Made by a program: the position numbers and the translations under genes
Source of the DNA: Gammaproteobacteria bacterium
GTDB taxonomy: Bacteria; Pseudomonadota; Gammaproteobacteria; QZLD01
Direction of reading: 5' to 3'
NCBI GenBank assembly: GCA_033852155.1
Contig: JAWSVA010000008.1
Coordinates: 1,612-65,611, forward strand
Length of the DNA: 64,000 bases
Shown here: positions 1 to 9,563 of the stretch, piece by piece
How the letters are laid out: each line of letters starts with the position of its first letter
Numbering within the stretch: position 1 is the stretch's first letter
Notes under the pieces: generated by a model
What the model was told of the DNA's origin: nothing
Database searches by the model: none
Seen by the model: the letters and a program-made list of their open reading frames with translations, nothing else

Positions 1-1090
1 TTTTGTTTAAAAGTTCCATGCACTCATCTACCTTTGTCCCTTCCACTCGAACGACAAGGGGAATGGTGATCTCAATCTCTTGTGCTGCTTCTATGATGCC
101 TTCAGCAATAAGGTCGCATCTTACGATGCCACCGAAGATATTAACTAGGATGGCTTCGACTTTGTCGCTGGATAGAATAATTCTGAATGCTTCAGCTACC
201 TTATCCGCTGTGGTACCACCTCCAACATCAAGGAAATTGGCAGGTTCGCCACCATAGAGTTTGATGACATCCATCGTTGCCATGGCAAGGCCGGCGCCAT
301 TAACCATGCAAGCAATATTTCCATCGAGAGTTATGTAGTTAAGACCGTACTGGGCTGCCTTAATTTCAGTTTCATCTTCTTGAGATGTGTCTCGAAGGTC
401 TAGCAGATTATGTTGCCTTACTAGTGCGTTGCTATCGATGTTTATTTTCGCATCTAATGCAATCAAGTCTCCCTCTTTAGTAACTACTAGGGGGTTTATT
501 TCAATAAGACTAAGATCTTTATCACAGAAGATGCGATAAAGTTTTTTCATGATTTTAGTAAGTTGGCTGACTTGCTTTTGAGTTAAGCCAAGGTCAAATG
601 CGATTTGCCTACATTGAAAGTTCTGAAGCCCAGCTGTTGGATTTACAGATACTTTAAGAATTTTTTCTGGGGTTTTTGCTGCGACCTCCTCAATATCCAT
701 ACCGCCAGCTTCGGAAGCCATGAATACGATAGATTCGGTAGACCTGTCTATAAGAGCTCCAAGGTAAAGCTCACGCTCAATATTTAGGCCCTCTTCGATC
801 AAAACGGCATTAACAGGAAGTCCCTTGCTATCCGTTTGAGGGGTTACTAATCTTGATCCAAGAAGATTCTTTACGTTGGAGCTAATAGCGTCCTTGTCTT
901 TAAGGATTTTAACTCCGCCGCCTTTACCACGGCCACCTGCGTGTACTTGGGCTTTTACTACCCAGCAATCACCGCCGAGCTCATGAGCTAAACCGCACGC
1001 CTCATCTACAGTATGAGCTACATAACCATTTGGCACAGGTATGCCATATTCAGAAAATAATTGTTTTGCCTGATATTCGTGTAAATTCAT
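1..1090 (-). CDS. sucC: Succinyl-CoA synthetase beta subunit, N-terminal ~363 codons (runs off the left edge)
   Basis: Absent from the ORF track because it has no stop in the window. The reverse complement of 1021-1090 reads [23 protein letters not shown]. The reverse complement of ~900-963 reads [20 protein letters not shown], the ATP-grasp signature of SucC. Confidence 0.9.
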   Translation of the reverse strand, partial: MNLHEYQAKQLFSEYGIPVPNGYVAHTVDEACGLAHELGGDCWVVKAQVHAGGRGKGGGVKILKDKDAISSNVKNLLGSRLVTPQTDSKGLPVNAVLIEEGLNIERELYLGALIDRSTESIVFMASEAGGMDIEEVAAKTPEKILKVSVNPTAGLQNFQCRQIAFDLGLTQKQVSQLTKIMKKLYRIFCDKDLSLIEINPLVVTKEGDLIALDAKINIDSNALVRQHNLLDLRDTSQEDETEIKAAQYGLNYITLDGNIACMVNGAGLAMATMDVIKLYGGEPANFLDVGGGTTADKVAEAFRIILSSDKVEAILVNIFGGIVRCDLIAEGIIEAAQEIEITIPLVVRVEGTKVDECMELLNK

Positions 1091-1229
1091 TGGTTATTAA
1101 CCTTGTGATTTCCAGGATGCTAATTTTCCACAAAAACGGGGCTAATAGCAAAGGTAAAACACCAATTATTCATGATTTTAGGCTAAAATAGATGAATAAA
1201 GCTTAGTTAAAGGATTATTAAGAGCCCTA

Positions 1230-2840
1230 ATGTTCGAAACAAACGTAGTTTTTAAAGATTTTCAAGAGGAGTTGGAGCGTAATACAGAGTCCTATACTTG
1301 GCGTCCATTAAGGATATTTAATATTTACCGTATTCTGGTTGTCTTATCTTTGACTTTTTTTTTTACGGCGCTGTCATTAAATAATTCATTTCATACCAAG
1401 TTTGATTTTTTATTTTTCGGGGCCTCTTTCGGTTATAGTTTTTTTGCTCTTTTATTTGGCTTTTTGGTGCTTAAACGCAGACCACGGTTTCGTATTCAGT
1501 TATACGGGCAGCTTATTGCGGATATTTTCTTTTTATCATTACTGATATTTGCCAAGGGAAAAATTGACTCTACCCTTGGGGTTCTATTGGTCATTTCGGT
1601 TGCTGGTAGCTCAATTCTGTTAAGTAAGCGGATGGCTGTTGCTGCAGCATCTTTGGCCGCAATATCAATCCTTAGTGCTCAGACCTATATGTTTATCTAT
1701 GGAAGCACTGATGTGAGTGCGTATTCTACTGCTGGTGCATTAGGGATAATTGTATTTGTAGCGGCATTATCTGCAAATACGGTAGCAAGACATGCTAAAG
1801 AGTTTGAGCTGTTAGCTCAAAGGCGCGGTAAGGATATTATTAGTTTAGAACAGCTTAACGATTATATTGTGCAAAAACTTCAATCTGGAGTGATCGCGTT
1901 AAATGCAGATTTGACAATACGCCTAACAAATTCTGCCGCTGCAAATATGATAGGGGATAAAGTTATTCTTGGCGGTATGTATCTAAAAGATGTGTTACCG
2001 CAGGTGGCTATAGAGATGGATGTTTGGATGGCTACGGGCGATGAATATAGCGCTACAATTAATTTTGATGGTGTAAGCGCTCTAGTATCCTTTGAAAGAA
2101 TAAATGGTGGGATAATACTGGTATTTTTGGATGATCATGAAAAGATCTCGCGTCAATTGCAGGATGAAAAATTGGCTTCTTTGGGGAAGTTAACTGCAAG
2201 CATTGCGCATGAGATCCGTAACCCTCTCGGTGCAATTTCACATGCCGGTCAGCTTTTGGCAGAGTCACCTGGTCTTGCAGATCAAGATAAAAGGCTCACG
2301 GAAATTATTCATGATCATTCTGAAAGGTTGAATGCAATAATAAAAAGTATTTTGCATCTTTCCCGTAAAAAAACGGTAGAAAAGACTAAGATTGGGCTGG
2401 ATGAATGGCTGGATAAATTTGTTTATGATTTTTCTATTGAAAAGTATATTGATGTCAAACAGATTCAAATATCCCTAAAAGATAGTCAATTATATATAGA
2501 AACTGATATTTCTGCATTCGAGCAAATAATGTGGAATCTTTGTGGTAATGCATTTAACTATTCGCAGAATAGCGATGGAAAACCCAAGGTGCTTATTGAA
2601 GTCGAAAAAGTTGGCAAGATGACTGCTATCGATGTGATAAATTATGGTACAAAGATTGATGAGAGGCATATTGGGAGAATATTTGAACCATTTTTTACTA
2701 CTTCATCATCAGGAACCGGACTTGGTCTATATCTATGTAAAGAGTTGTGCAACAATAACAAGATAAAACTAAGTTATATAAAAGATTTTGCAGAAGGAAC
2801 CTGTTTTAGGTTGGTTTTCTCACAAGATAGTTATAGATAG
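1230..2840 (+). CDS. pilS: Sensor histidine kinase PilS (T4P two-component system)
   Basis: 536 aa. The N-terminal ~190 aa are multi-TM. H-box SIAHEIRNPL; ATPase G-box SSSGTGLGLYLCKEL. It lies immediately upstream of an NtrC-type regulator and near pilA. Confidence 0.85.
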   Translation: MFETNVVFKDFQEELERNTESYTWRPLRIFNIYRILVVLSLTFFFTALSLNNSFHTKFDFLFFGASFGYSFFALLFGFLVLKRRPRFRIQLYGQLIADIFFLSLLIFAKGKIDSTLGVLLVISVAGSSILLSKRMAVAAASLAAISILSAQTYMFIYGSTDVSAYSTAGALGIIVFVAALSANTVARHAKEFELLAQRRGKDIISLEQLNDYIVQKLQSGVIALNADLTIRLTNSAAANMIGDKVILGGMYLKDVLPQVAIEMDVWMATGDEYSATINFDGVSALVSFERINGGIILVFLDDHEKISRQLQDEKLASLGKLTASIAHEIRNPLGAISHAGQLLAESPGLADQDKRLTEIIHDHSERLNAIIKSILHLSRKKTVEKTKIGLDEWLDKFVYDFSIEKYIDVKQIQISLKDSQLYIETDISAFEQIMWNLCGNAFNYSQNSDGKPKVLIEVEKVGKMTAIDVINYGTKIDERHIGRIFEPFFTTSSSGTGLGLYLCKELCNNNKIKLSYIKDFAEGTCFRLVFSQDSYR

Positions 2841-2846
2841 GATGTT

Positions 2847-4211
2847 ATGCGTTCAAGAGCACTGATAGTAGATGATGAGCCAGATATAAGAGAATTGCTG
2901 GCGCTTACTCTTAATAGAATGGATGTTGATGTCGTAACAGCAGCTGATGTGGAAGAGGCTAGGTTGATTCTTGCGGGTAGCTCTTTTCATCTGTGTTTAA
3001 CAGATATGCGACTTCCAGATGGATCTGGCTTAGATCTGTTGAAACATATTCAGCTGGTTTATCCTAATTTACCAGTAGCTGTATTAACAGCTCATGGCAA
3101 TATGGATCTCGCGATTCAGTCGCTTAAGGCGGGTGCCTTTGATTTTGTTTCAAAACCTGTTGATCTTAGTGTGTTGCGGCATCTGGTATCTACTGCTCTA
3201 AAATTATCCGATGCAGGAAAACCAGTGGATAGAAGGAGTAGAAAAACCTTGCTGGGTGAATCGTCAGCGATGCAAAAATTAAGGTCAACGATATATAAAC
3301 TGGCTCGTAGTCAAGCTCCAGTTTATATAAGCGGGGATTCAGGTACAGGAAAGGAATTGGTTGCCCGATTAATTCATGAGAAGGGAGCAAGAGCAAAAGA
3401 ATCTTTCGTACCAGTTAACTGCGGGGCTATCCCGACAGAGTTGATGGAGAGTGAGTTTTTCGGGCATTTAAAGGGAAGTTTTACTGGTGCAAACAAAGAG
3501 AAAGGTGGTCTTTTCCAAGCTGCAGATGGTGGAACCCTATTTTTGGATGAGGTAGCTGAGCTACCATTACATATGCAAGTTAAGCTGTTAAGAGCAATAC
3601 AGGAGAAAGCGATTCGACCAGTTGGAGCGCAAAAAGAAATATCAGTTGATGTACGTATTTTAAGCGCAACCCATAAAAATCTTGAGCAGTTGGTGCATGA
3701 TGGTGTGTTTCGTCAAGATTTATATTATCGAATTAATGTGATTAATCTTCAGGTTCCCAGTTTAAGAGAGAGAAAGGGGGATCTAGATATGTTAGCGCAT
3801 CATATATTGGAGAAACTCTCTGCTCCAATCGCTGAGAAGCCACCTGTTATAAGTACTAAGGCGATGAATGTTCTCAGGGGTTATGGTTTTCCTGGGAATG
3901 TACGTGAATTGGAAAATATTTTAGAGCGTGCGATGACTATGTGTGAAGGCAATAGAATCGAAGCTGAAGATCTGCAGTTGCCTAATGGTGCCGTGAGTAG
4001 TAATGAAGAGGTTGCTGAAATATCATATAAAGAATCGCCTGATTTTTATACCTCAAATGAAACCCTTGAGGATTACTTGGGAAATATTGAAAAAGAGGCA
4101 ATTATTAAGGCCCTTGAAGAAACAAATAATAATAAAACAGCTGCGGCCAAAAAATTGGGTATGACGTTTAGATCACTACGATATAGGCTGGCTAAACTTG
4201 GGATATCTTGA
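2847..4211 (+). CDS. pilR: Sigma-54-dependent response regulator PilR
   Basis: 454 aa. REC domain (IVDDEPDIREL ... LTDMRLPDG). AAA+ sigma-54 activator motifs GDSGTGKE, ESEFFGH and GSFTGA (a GAFTGA variant). C-terminal Fis-type HTH AAAKKLGMTFRSLRYRLAKLGI. Confidence 0.9.
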   Translation: MRSRALIVDDEPDIRELLALTLNRMDVDVVTAADVEEARLILAGSSFHLCLTDMRLPDGSGLDLLKHIQLVYPNLPVAVLTAHGNMDLAIQSLKAGAFDFVSKPVDLSVLRHLVSTALKLSDAGKPVDRRSRKTLLGESSAMQKLRSTIYKLARSQAPVYISGDSGTGKELVARLIHEKGARAKESFVPVNCGAIPTELMESEFFGHLKGSFTGANKEKGGLFQAADGGTLFLDEVAELPLHMQVKLLRAIQEKAIRPVGAQKEISVDVRILSATHKNLEQLVHDGVFRQDLYYRINVINLQVPSLRERKGDLDMLAHHILEKLSAPIAEKPPVISTKAMNVLRGYGFPGNVRELENILERAMTMCEGNRIEAEDLQLPNGAVSSNEEVAEISYKESPDFYTSNETLEDYLGNIEKEAIIKALEETNNNKTAAAKKLGMTFRSLRYRLAKLGIS

Positions 4212-4616
4212 TATTGGTGTCGTTGTTTACTTTAGCTTCGCATAATTAAGGACAATTATTTTGAATAAGATGGTCAACTGATATAGTTAACCATAGACTC
4301 TCTGTTTTTTAATGTAAAAATCTTGACGTTAGTGATGATGCTAAGATAAACGGCATTGTGCTTTTAAAAGTGTAAGTGAGTGGTAATTAGATTGTTGAAG
4401 TTGTTGGGGCTTTTGTTTGTGTTGTGCAGGCAAAAATTAAGTGATGGGTACTAGAGATTTTACAAATAAATGCTTAGGTTTGCTGGGTTATTATATCTTG
4501 AAAATTGTTTTGACAGCATTGAGCAAAATAGAATAAGCAGAACTTTTTTTTATGTGTATAGTGCAATTAAGTAGTAGAACAGAAAATAGTCTAAATGGAA
4601 TAATGAGCTAAAAATA

Positions 4617-6527
4617 ATGAGCCAATTAATAAAATATTGTTTTTCAATGAAAAGCGCAAACATTAACTGCAAATATATAAAACTGCTCCTTATTTTACCA
4701 TTAATTATTATAATCAATATTATTGTATTTTGGGATGGTCTCAATGGGCCGCTAATACATGACTCAGTAAAACTATTTACTTTTTATGACACAATAAAAT
4801 CTTCGGAAACGGATCTCTATTCACTCTCAACATATTATTTTTCGACTCAGCTGGGGCGATACGTTTCAATGTTAAGCTTTGCTGTTAATTTTCAATTATC
4901 CTCCGAACTTAGCATCTGGGGATTAAAGCTAACAAATGTAATAATACACAGCTTATGTGGTGTAATAATATATCTGATTTTTTCAACGCTCGTAGAGTAC
5001 AAAAACAATAATAGAATTTTAGCTCGTTATTTTGCTATGGCCATAGCCGCACTCTGGATGTTATCTCCAACCAATGCAAGCACAGTTTTTTTTACTATTC
5101 AGCGCATGCAGCAGCTGTCTACGCTTTTTTTGCTGGCATCATTATACCTTTATTCAACTTCGCGAATAAAAATAATAAAAATGCAAAGTGGTTGGGTGAT
5201 TCGGATGTTCATGGCCGTATTTATCTGCTGGCCATTAGCAATTTTCAGTAAAGAAAACGGAATAATATTCCCTGTCCTCGCAATAATTTTAGAAATAAAT
5301 ATTTTTCGACTTAATAACCTGAAAAAGAATCACAAGAGAATATTCGTTATTATTGCAGCAGTTACGGGCATTATAAGCTTGCTAATAATGATGTATCTAT
5401 TCAAAAATATATTCAATTACGATACGCGTAGTTTTTCATTAGCAGAAAGACTAATGACACAGAGCAGAGTTTTGCTCTCTTATGTAAACCACTTATTAAT
5501 ACCACTGAATATAGATATATCGATTTTTGCAGATGACTTCCCAATATCAAAATCGTTATTTACTCCCGTTAGCACAATCATATCTATTATTATTATAATT
5601 ACCGCCATAATAATATCCGTGTACTTAACTTGCCGTAATAAAGCTATTTTTATCGCATGTGGAATTCAACTTTTTTTTGCAGGACACATTCTCGAAAGCA
5701 CGATAATACCACTAGAAATATACTATGATTATCGCAACTATTTAGCATCAATAGGAATATATCTTACACTTATTGCTATAACTGTATGGTTAATAAAAAT
5801 AACCAAGCAACCCAAAATATTTATAGGAATATTTTTTGTTTATATGACATGTTTTGCAATACAAACAAAAAATGTAAGCAATATATGGAGTAATGAAGAC
5901 AATATAACCTTAAATATATATAACAACCATCCTAAGTCCTATAGATCGGTTTCAAGATATGCTCAATATTCCTTAGAGCAAAACCATCCAGACAAGAGTC
6001 TTAATGCAATCAATCGGCTAATAGGGGAAAACCCCGGTAAATATCATTCGCTCCATATACAAAAGATGTTTATACAGTGTATGAAAGGCATAATAATAAA
6101 AAAAGAATTAAGCAAATTACCGCAAACAAAGCCGCTAGCGCCATTAAATGAACTATCGCAAGCGCTTAACAATCTTCAAAACATTGCGAATAATAGACAC
6201 TGTTTAACAAAAGAAGCAACATTAGCGCTCGTAGCTACTTTAGACAGTTGGGCTGCTAACTTTGAAAACATTAATGCGCGTTGGAGTTTTGATTACTTTA
6301 GCAATTCATTTCTTTTATCCATTGATTCAAAGCGTGCCATAAGTAGGTTGCAACAACTATATGTAAGCGGAAATAATAATGCAGGTCTTTATATGTTAGA
6401 GTTATTTGCAATAAATAGCAGAGACAATGCAGCAATAAAAATATTCAACAGCCTTAAAAAGATAAAGCTCCTCAAAAATTACAAAATATATAACGATTAC
6501 AAAAAACAGATATTAAATGTAAAGTGA
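4617..6527 (+). CDS. Polytopic membrane protein with C-terminal helical-repeat (TPR-like) domain; GT-C/PMT_2-TMTC-like glycosyltransferase candidate, paralogue 1
   Basis: 636 aa with at least 10 hydrophobic segments and a ~200 aa soluble tail. Shares blocks with ORF 7568-9511: FSKENGIIFP, FADDFPISKSLFTPVSTIISI, GHILESTIIPLEIYYDYRNYL, NHPKSYRS. Very low GC (14/60 at 4621-4680). Confidence 0.6.
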   Translation: MSQLIKYCFSMKSANINCKYIKLLLILPLIIIINIIVFWDGLNGPLIHDSVKLFTFYDTIKSSETDLYSLSTYYFSTQLGRYVSMLSFAVNFQLSSELSIWGLKLTNVIIHSLCGVIIYLIFSTLVEYKNNNRILARYFAMAIAALWMLSPTNASTVFFTIQRMQQLSTLFLLASLYLYSTSRIKIIKMQSGWVIRMFMAVFICWPLAIFSKENGIIFPVLAIILEINIFRLNNLKKNHKRIFVIIAAVTGIISLLIMMYLFKNIFNYDTRSFSLAERLMTQSRVLLSYVNHLLIPLNIDISIFADDFPISKSLFTPVSTIISIIIIITAIIISVYLTCRNKAIFIACGIQLFFAGHILESTIIPLEIYYDYRNYLASIGIYLTLIAITVWLIKITKQPKIFIGIFFVYMTCFAIQTKNVSNIWSNEDNITLNIYNNHPKSYRSVSRYAQYSLEQNHPDKSLNAINRLIGENPGKYHSLHIQKMFIQCMKGIIIKKELSKLPQTKPLAPLNELSQALNNLQNIANNRHCLTKEATLALVATLDSWAANFENINARWSFDYFSNSFLLSIDSKRAISRLQQLYVSGNNNAGLYMLELFAINSRDNAAIKIFNSLKKIKLLKNYKIYNDYKKQILNVK

Positions 6528-6676
6528 TAATTCCGCTAATTAATTAACGATTGCCGTTGTTTTTATATTGTGCATTTATATGCATAATTCTGAAATTATA
6601 ATAACTAAAGGTATTTGTGCGGATTTGGCAATCAATTCTTAATTGATATTGTTTGAGTGCACAGTATTTACCCAAA

Positions 6677-6728
6677 TCACTATTGACATCTCTTTTGTAG
6701 TGGTATGACAAAAAAAGTCACTATTGAC
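6677..6728 (+). promoter_or_regulatory. Direct repeat TCACTATTGAC x2 (41 bp period), candidate PilR enhancer (UAS) for pilA
   Basis: Identical 11-mers at 6677-6687 and 6718-6728. They lie 120-170 bp upstream of the sigma-54 -24/-12 element, the usual position for bacterial enhancer-binding-protein sites. Confidence 0.35.
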
Positions 6729-6848
6729 GTAAATTGCCATTGTGTTGCAGAAAAGCATTGATAATACCGTCACGCTTCTTGCAGTATTAGAAAAAAAGCA
6801 AATGCCTTAGTTTAGCTAAAACAGTGCGTTACTCGCTTTTGGTGGCGT

Positions 6849-6864
6849 TGGCATATTCATTGCT
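6849..6864 (+). promoter_or_regulatory. Sigma-54 (RpoN) -24/-12 promoter of pilA
   Basis: TGGCATattcaTTGCT matches TGGCAC-N5-TTGCW. GG is at 6850-6851 and GC at 6862-6863, the canonical spacing. It lies 125 bp upstream of the pilA ATG, and pilR is encoded nearby. Confidence 0.75.
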
Positions 6865-6988
6865 TGAATAATCTTATAAACAGTTATAGCATGATTTTCA
6901 TTGATGAGAATCATTACACTAAAAAGTGCTGTGAACATAGAAGTAAAAAACAAGCTATATTGGTTAATATTAAATTTGGAGAGACAAA

Positions 6989-7426
6989 ATGAAGTCATTA
7001 CAAAAAGGTTTTACACTTATCGAATTAATGATCGTTGTTGCGATTATCGGTATTTTGGCAGCAATTGCGCTACCTGCTTATTCAGATTATACAAAAAGCG
7101 CCAAGGTTAGTGAGGGATTGTCTGTAGTTGCTGGTCCTATGGTAGCTGTAGGCGTTACTCAGCAAGCTACTGGATCATTCCCTACGACTAATGGAGGCGC
7201 AGGCATGGTAACTGATGTGTCTTATGAATCAGACTATATTACCTCAATAGCCGTAGGAACTACTCCATCTGACGGTACTATTACAGTAGTAATGAAAGCT
7301 GCCGCAACAGGAACAGCCGGAAACATCGTGTATGTTCCTACTGCTAATTTAGGAAATATAACATGGTCTTGTAGTACAGCTTCAACTACCATTCCTGCTA
7401 AGTACCTTCCAGCAAAATGCAGATAA
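6989..7426 (+). CDS. pilA: Type IVa major pilin
   Basis: 145 aa. Class III leader MKSLQKG followed by [24 protein letters not shown] (F+1, E+5). C-terminal Cys pair WSC...AKC. GGAGAG Shine-Dalgarno. Confidence 0.93.
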   Translation: MKSLQKGFTLIELMIVVAIIGILAAIALPAYSDYTKSAKVSEGLSVVAGPMVAVGVTQQATGSFPTTNGGAGMVTDVSYESDYITSIAVGTTPSDGTITVVMKAAATGTAGNIVYVPTANLGNITWSCSTASTTIPAKYLPAKCR

Positions 7427-7451
7427 TAGTTTCTTAGCTTTAAAGTTATAA

Positions 7452-7480
7452 AAACGAGGCTTTTTAGCCTCGTTTTTTTG
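7452..7480 (+). terminator. Rho-independent terminator after pilA
   Basis: The stem ACGAGGCT / AGCCTCGT has a TTTT loop and is followed by a T7 run. Confidence 0.8.
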
Positions 7481-7567
7481 TTTATAGCCTAAGCTAGATA
7501 CAGACATTTTCCTCATTATGCAATAAAAAACTGCTGGTGCTTATAAAAAACCAATTGGCCCTGTTTA

Positions 7568-9511
7568 ATGATAATCAGTTTAAAATTCAAAGCATTATAT
7601 TGTTTAATTATTATAATTTGTGTAAGCGCTATTTACGGTAATGGAATAAATGGTGATTTTGCGTTTGATGATTTCCAAAATATTGTTGCAAACAAATCTA
7701 TTCAAATTGATACAATTTCGTTAGCAAACTTAAAAAAAGCCGCCTTTTCAACCAAGTCTGGCTTACTTAGAAGGCCAATTAGCATGCTTAGCTTCGCATC
7801 TAATTATTATTTATTCGGGCTTAACCCTCTGCCTTTTAAAATTATCAATATATTAATTCACTTATTATCTTCAATGGTACTGTTTTTTTTGTCTAAACAG
7901 ATATTGTGGCATCTAAAAAGACTACAACCTAGTATTGCTTTGGGCGAAAATACAGTAAATATCGTTTGTTATTTAACTATGTTTATTTGGGCGTTGCACC
8001 CACTTAACCTTTCTTCTGTGCTATATGTTGTTCAGAGAATGACCTCTTTATCGGCATTTTTTTCATTCTCAGCAATCTTCTTATATTTATATGGCAGAAA
8101 AATTCATATCATTGGAGCGTCATCTCGTGGATGGATTTACATTTTTATTTCAATATTAATACTAATTCCATTGTCAGTATTAAGTAAAGAAAACGGCATT
8201 CTCTCGATACCATTAATTGGAATGTGTGAAATATTATTAGTACGTTTTGCTAGCTGCAGGCCGCCAAACCAAATAAGAATAAAAATATTTTTTATCCTTA
8301 CATGTATTTTACCGCTGATACTAGCCCTTGGTTACGTGTTTTTTTATAACGGTACCTTTTTGGGAGGATATGCTGAGCGAGACTTTTCATTAGCACAGAG
8401 AGTGCTTACGGAATTCCGTGTACTAATGCTATATATAAAGCTAACTTTTTTACCCGCTCTTTCAGAACTAACTCTGTTTCATGATGACATTACTATTTCC
8501 AAAGGATTGTTTTCACCAGTTACTACTATCTTATCTATTATTTCAATAGGAGCCTTATTTATAATTGGTATTCTGCAAAGGAATAAACACCCGGTTCTAT
8601 TATTTGCAATATTATTTTTCTTCATTGGTCATAGTTTGGAATCCACCATTTTACCACTTGAAATTGCACATGAGCACAGAAACTACTTACCGATTTTTGG
8701 TTTTATTTTTGCTTCAATGTATTGCGTAGGTATTTTATTTGAAAATAAACGTTTCAAAATAGCAGTAATTATACCTGCAGTTGTTTTAATTTATTTTGGA
8801 ACAATCACTTTTTACCGAGCAACCATTTGGAATAATCCAATTAATCATGCATTTCACATGACTGAAAATCACCCTAAGTCAATTCGTTCCCTTTATGAAT
8901 ACTCTAGAATAACCTATTTATATTTCCTTGATGAGAAAGAACCCGATAGAAAAAAGGCTCTGGAGCAACATGTAAGAATTTTATTGCAAAAATGCTTGGA
9001 GCTAGATTCAAATAATATTGGAGCTATGCTGGGGATAGTGCAGATTGATGCCTTTAGCAAGAAAAATACATCGAAATTGCTGTTAGCTGACTTATATAAC
9101 AACCTTACGAACAAGCAAGTTACCGCATTTATGTCTTTATCTGTAAAACAACTAAATAAATGTCAATTAAATAAGGACTGCCCTGTGGATGGCAAAATAA
9201 TGGATGAAATATTAAAGTCAATTTTAGCTAATAAAACATTATCCAAGTCTAGAAAAGCATCTGTGCTAACTCAATTATCCCTTAGATATTTAAGCTACAA
9301 TGACATTACATCAACCATTGAACTAGCTCAAATGGCAATGAACACCTATCCTGTAGAAATAAAACATTGGCTGAATTATATAGGGCTATTAATTGATACA
9401 GGAAATTACGAAATAGCGCAAAATGTCTTACATAATGCAAAAAAACGTTTTTCATCAGAAGAAGATCGAAGCAGTTTAGATGTTCTTCAGCGCAAGCTTG
9501 ATAAAATATAA
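7568..9511 (+). CDS. Polytopic membrane protein with C-terminal TPR-like domain; GT-C/PMT_2-TMTC-like glycosyltransferase candidate, paralogue 2
   Basis: 647 aa. FAFDDFQN sits just after TM1, like the acidic first-loop motif of GT-C enzymes. Shared blocks LSKENGILS, FHDDITISKGLFSPVTTILSI, GHSLESTILPLEIAHEHRNYL, NHPKSIRS. Helical-repeat tail. Confidence 0.6.
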   Translation: MIISLKFKALYCLIIIICVSAIYGNGINGDFAFDDFQNIVANKSIQIDTISLANLKKAAFSTKSGLLRRPISMLSFASNYYLFGLNPLPFKIINILIHLLSSMVLFFLSKQILWHLKRLQPSIALGENTVNIVCYLTMFIWALHPLNLSSVLYVVQRMTSLSAFFSFSAIFLYLYGRKIHIIGASSRGWIYIFISILILIPLSVLSKENGILSIPLIGMCEILLVRFASCRPPNQIRIKIFFILTCILPLILALGYVFFYNGTFLGGYAERDFSLAQRVLTEFRVLMLYIKLTFLPALSELTLFHDDITISKGLFSPVTTILSIISIGALFIIGILQRNKHPVLLFAILFFFIGHSLESTILPLEIAHEHRNYLPIFGFIFASMYCVGILFENKRFKIAVIIPAVVLIYFGTITFYRATIWNNPINHAFHMTENHPKSIRSLYEYSRITYLYFLDEKEPDRKKALEQHVRILLQKCLELDSNNIGAMLGIVQIDAFSKKNTSKLLLADLYNNLTNKQVTAFMSLSVKQLNKCQLNKDCPVDGKIMDEILKSILANKTLSKSRKASVLTQLSLRYLSYNDITSTIELAQMAMNTYPVEIKHWLNYIGLLIDTGNYEIAQNVLHNAKKRFSSEEDRSSLDVLQRKLDKI

Positions 9512-9563
9512 CAAAAGCTTTAGATTATTCATACGTAAATAAATAAGCACAACAGGAACAATA

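Noticed and set aside
3-787. Plus-strand track ORFs 3-257 and 605-787
   Set aside because: They lie antisense within the clearly recognisable sucC reading frame on the minus strand ([12 protein letters not shown]..., [18 protein letters not shown]). Their composition is biased and they carry no motifs.
2059-3396. Minus-strand ORFs 2059-2268, 2265-2468 and 3190-3396
   Set aside because: They are antisense shadows inside pilS and pilR, which have full sets of kinase and sigma-54 activator motifs.
6816-7110. ORFs 6816-6998 (-) and 6901-7110 (+) around the pilA start
   Set aside because: They overlap the sigma-54 promoter, leader and 5' end of pilA. They have no SD and no recognisable domains. 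The pilin frame is unambiguous.
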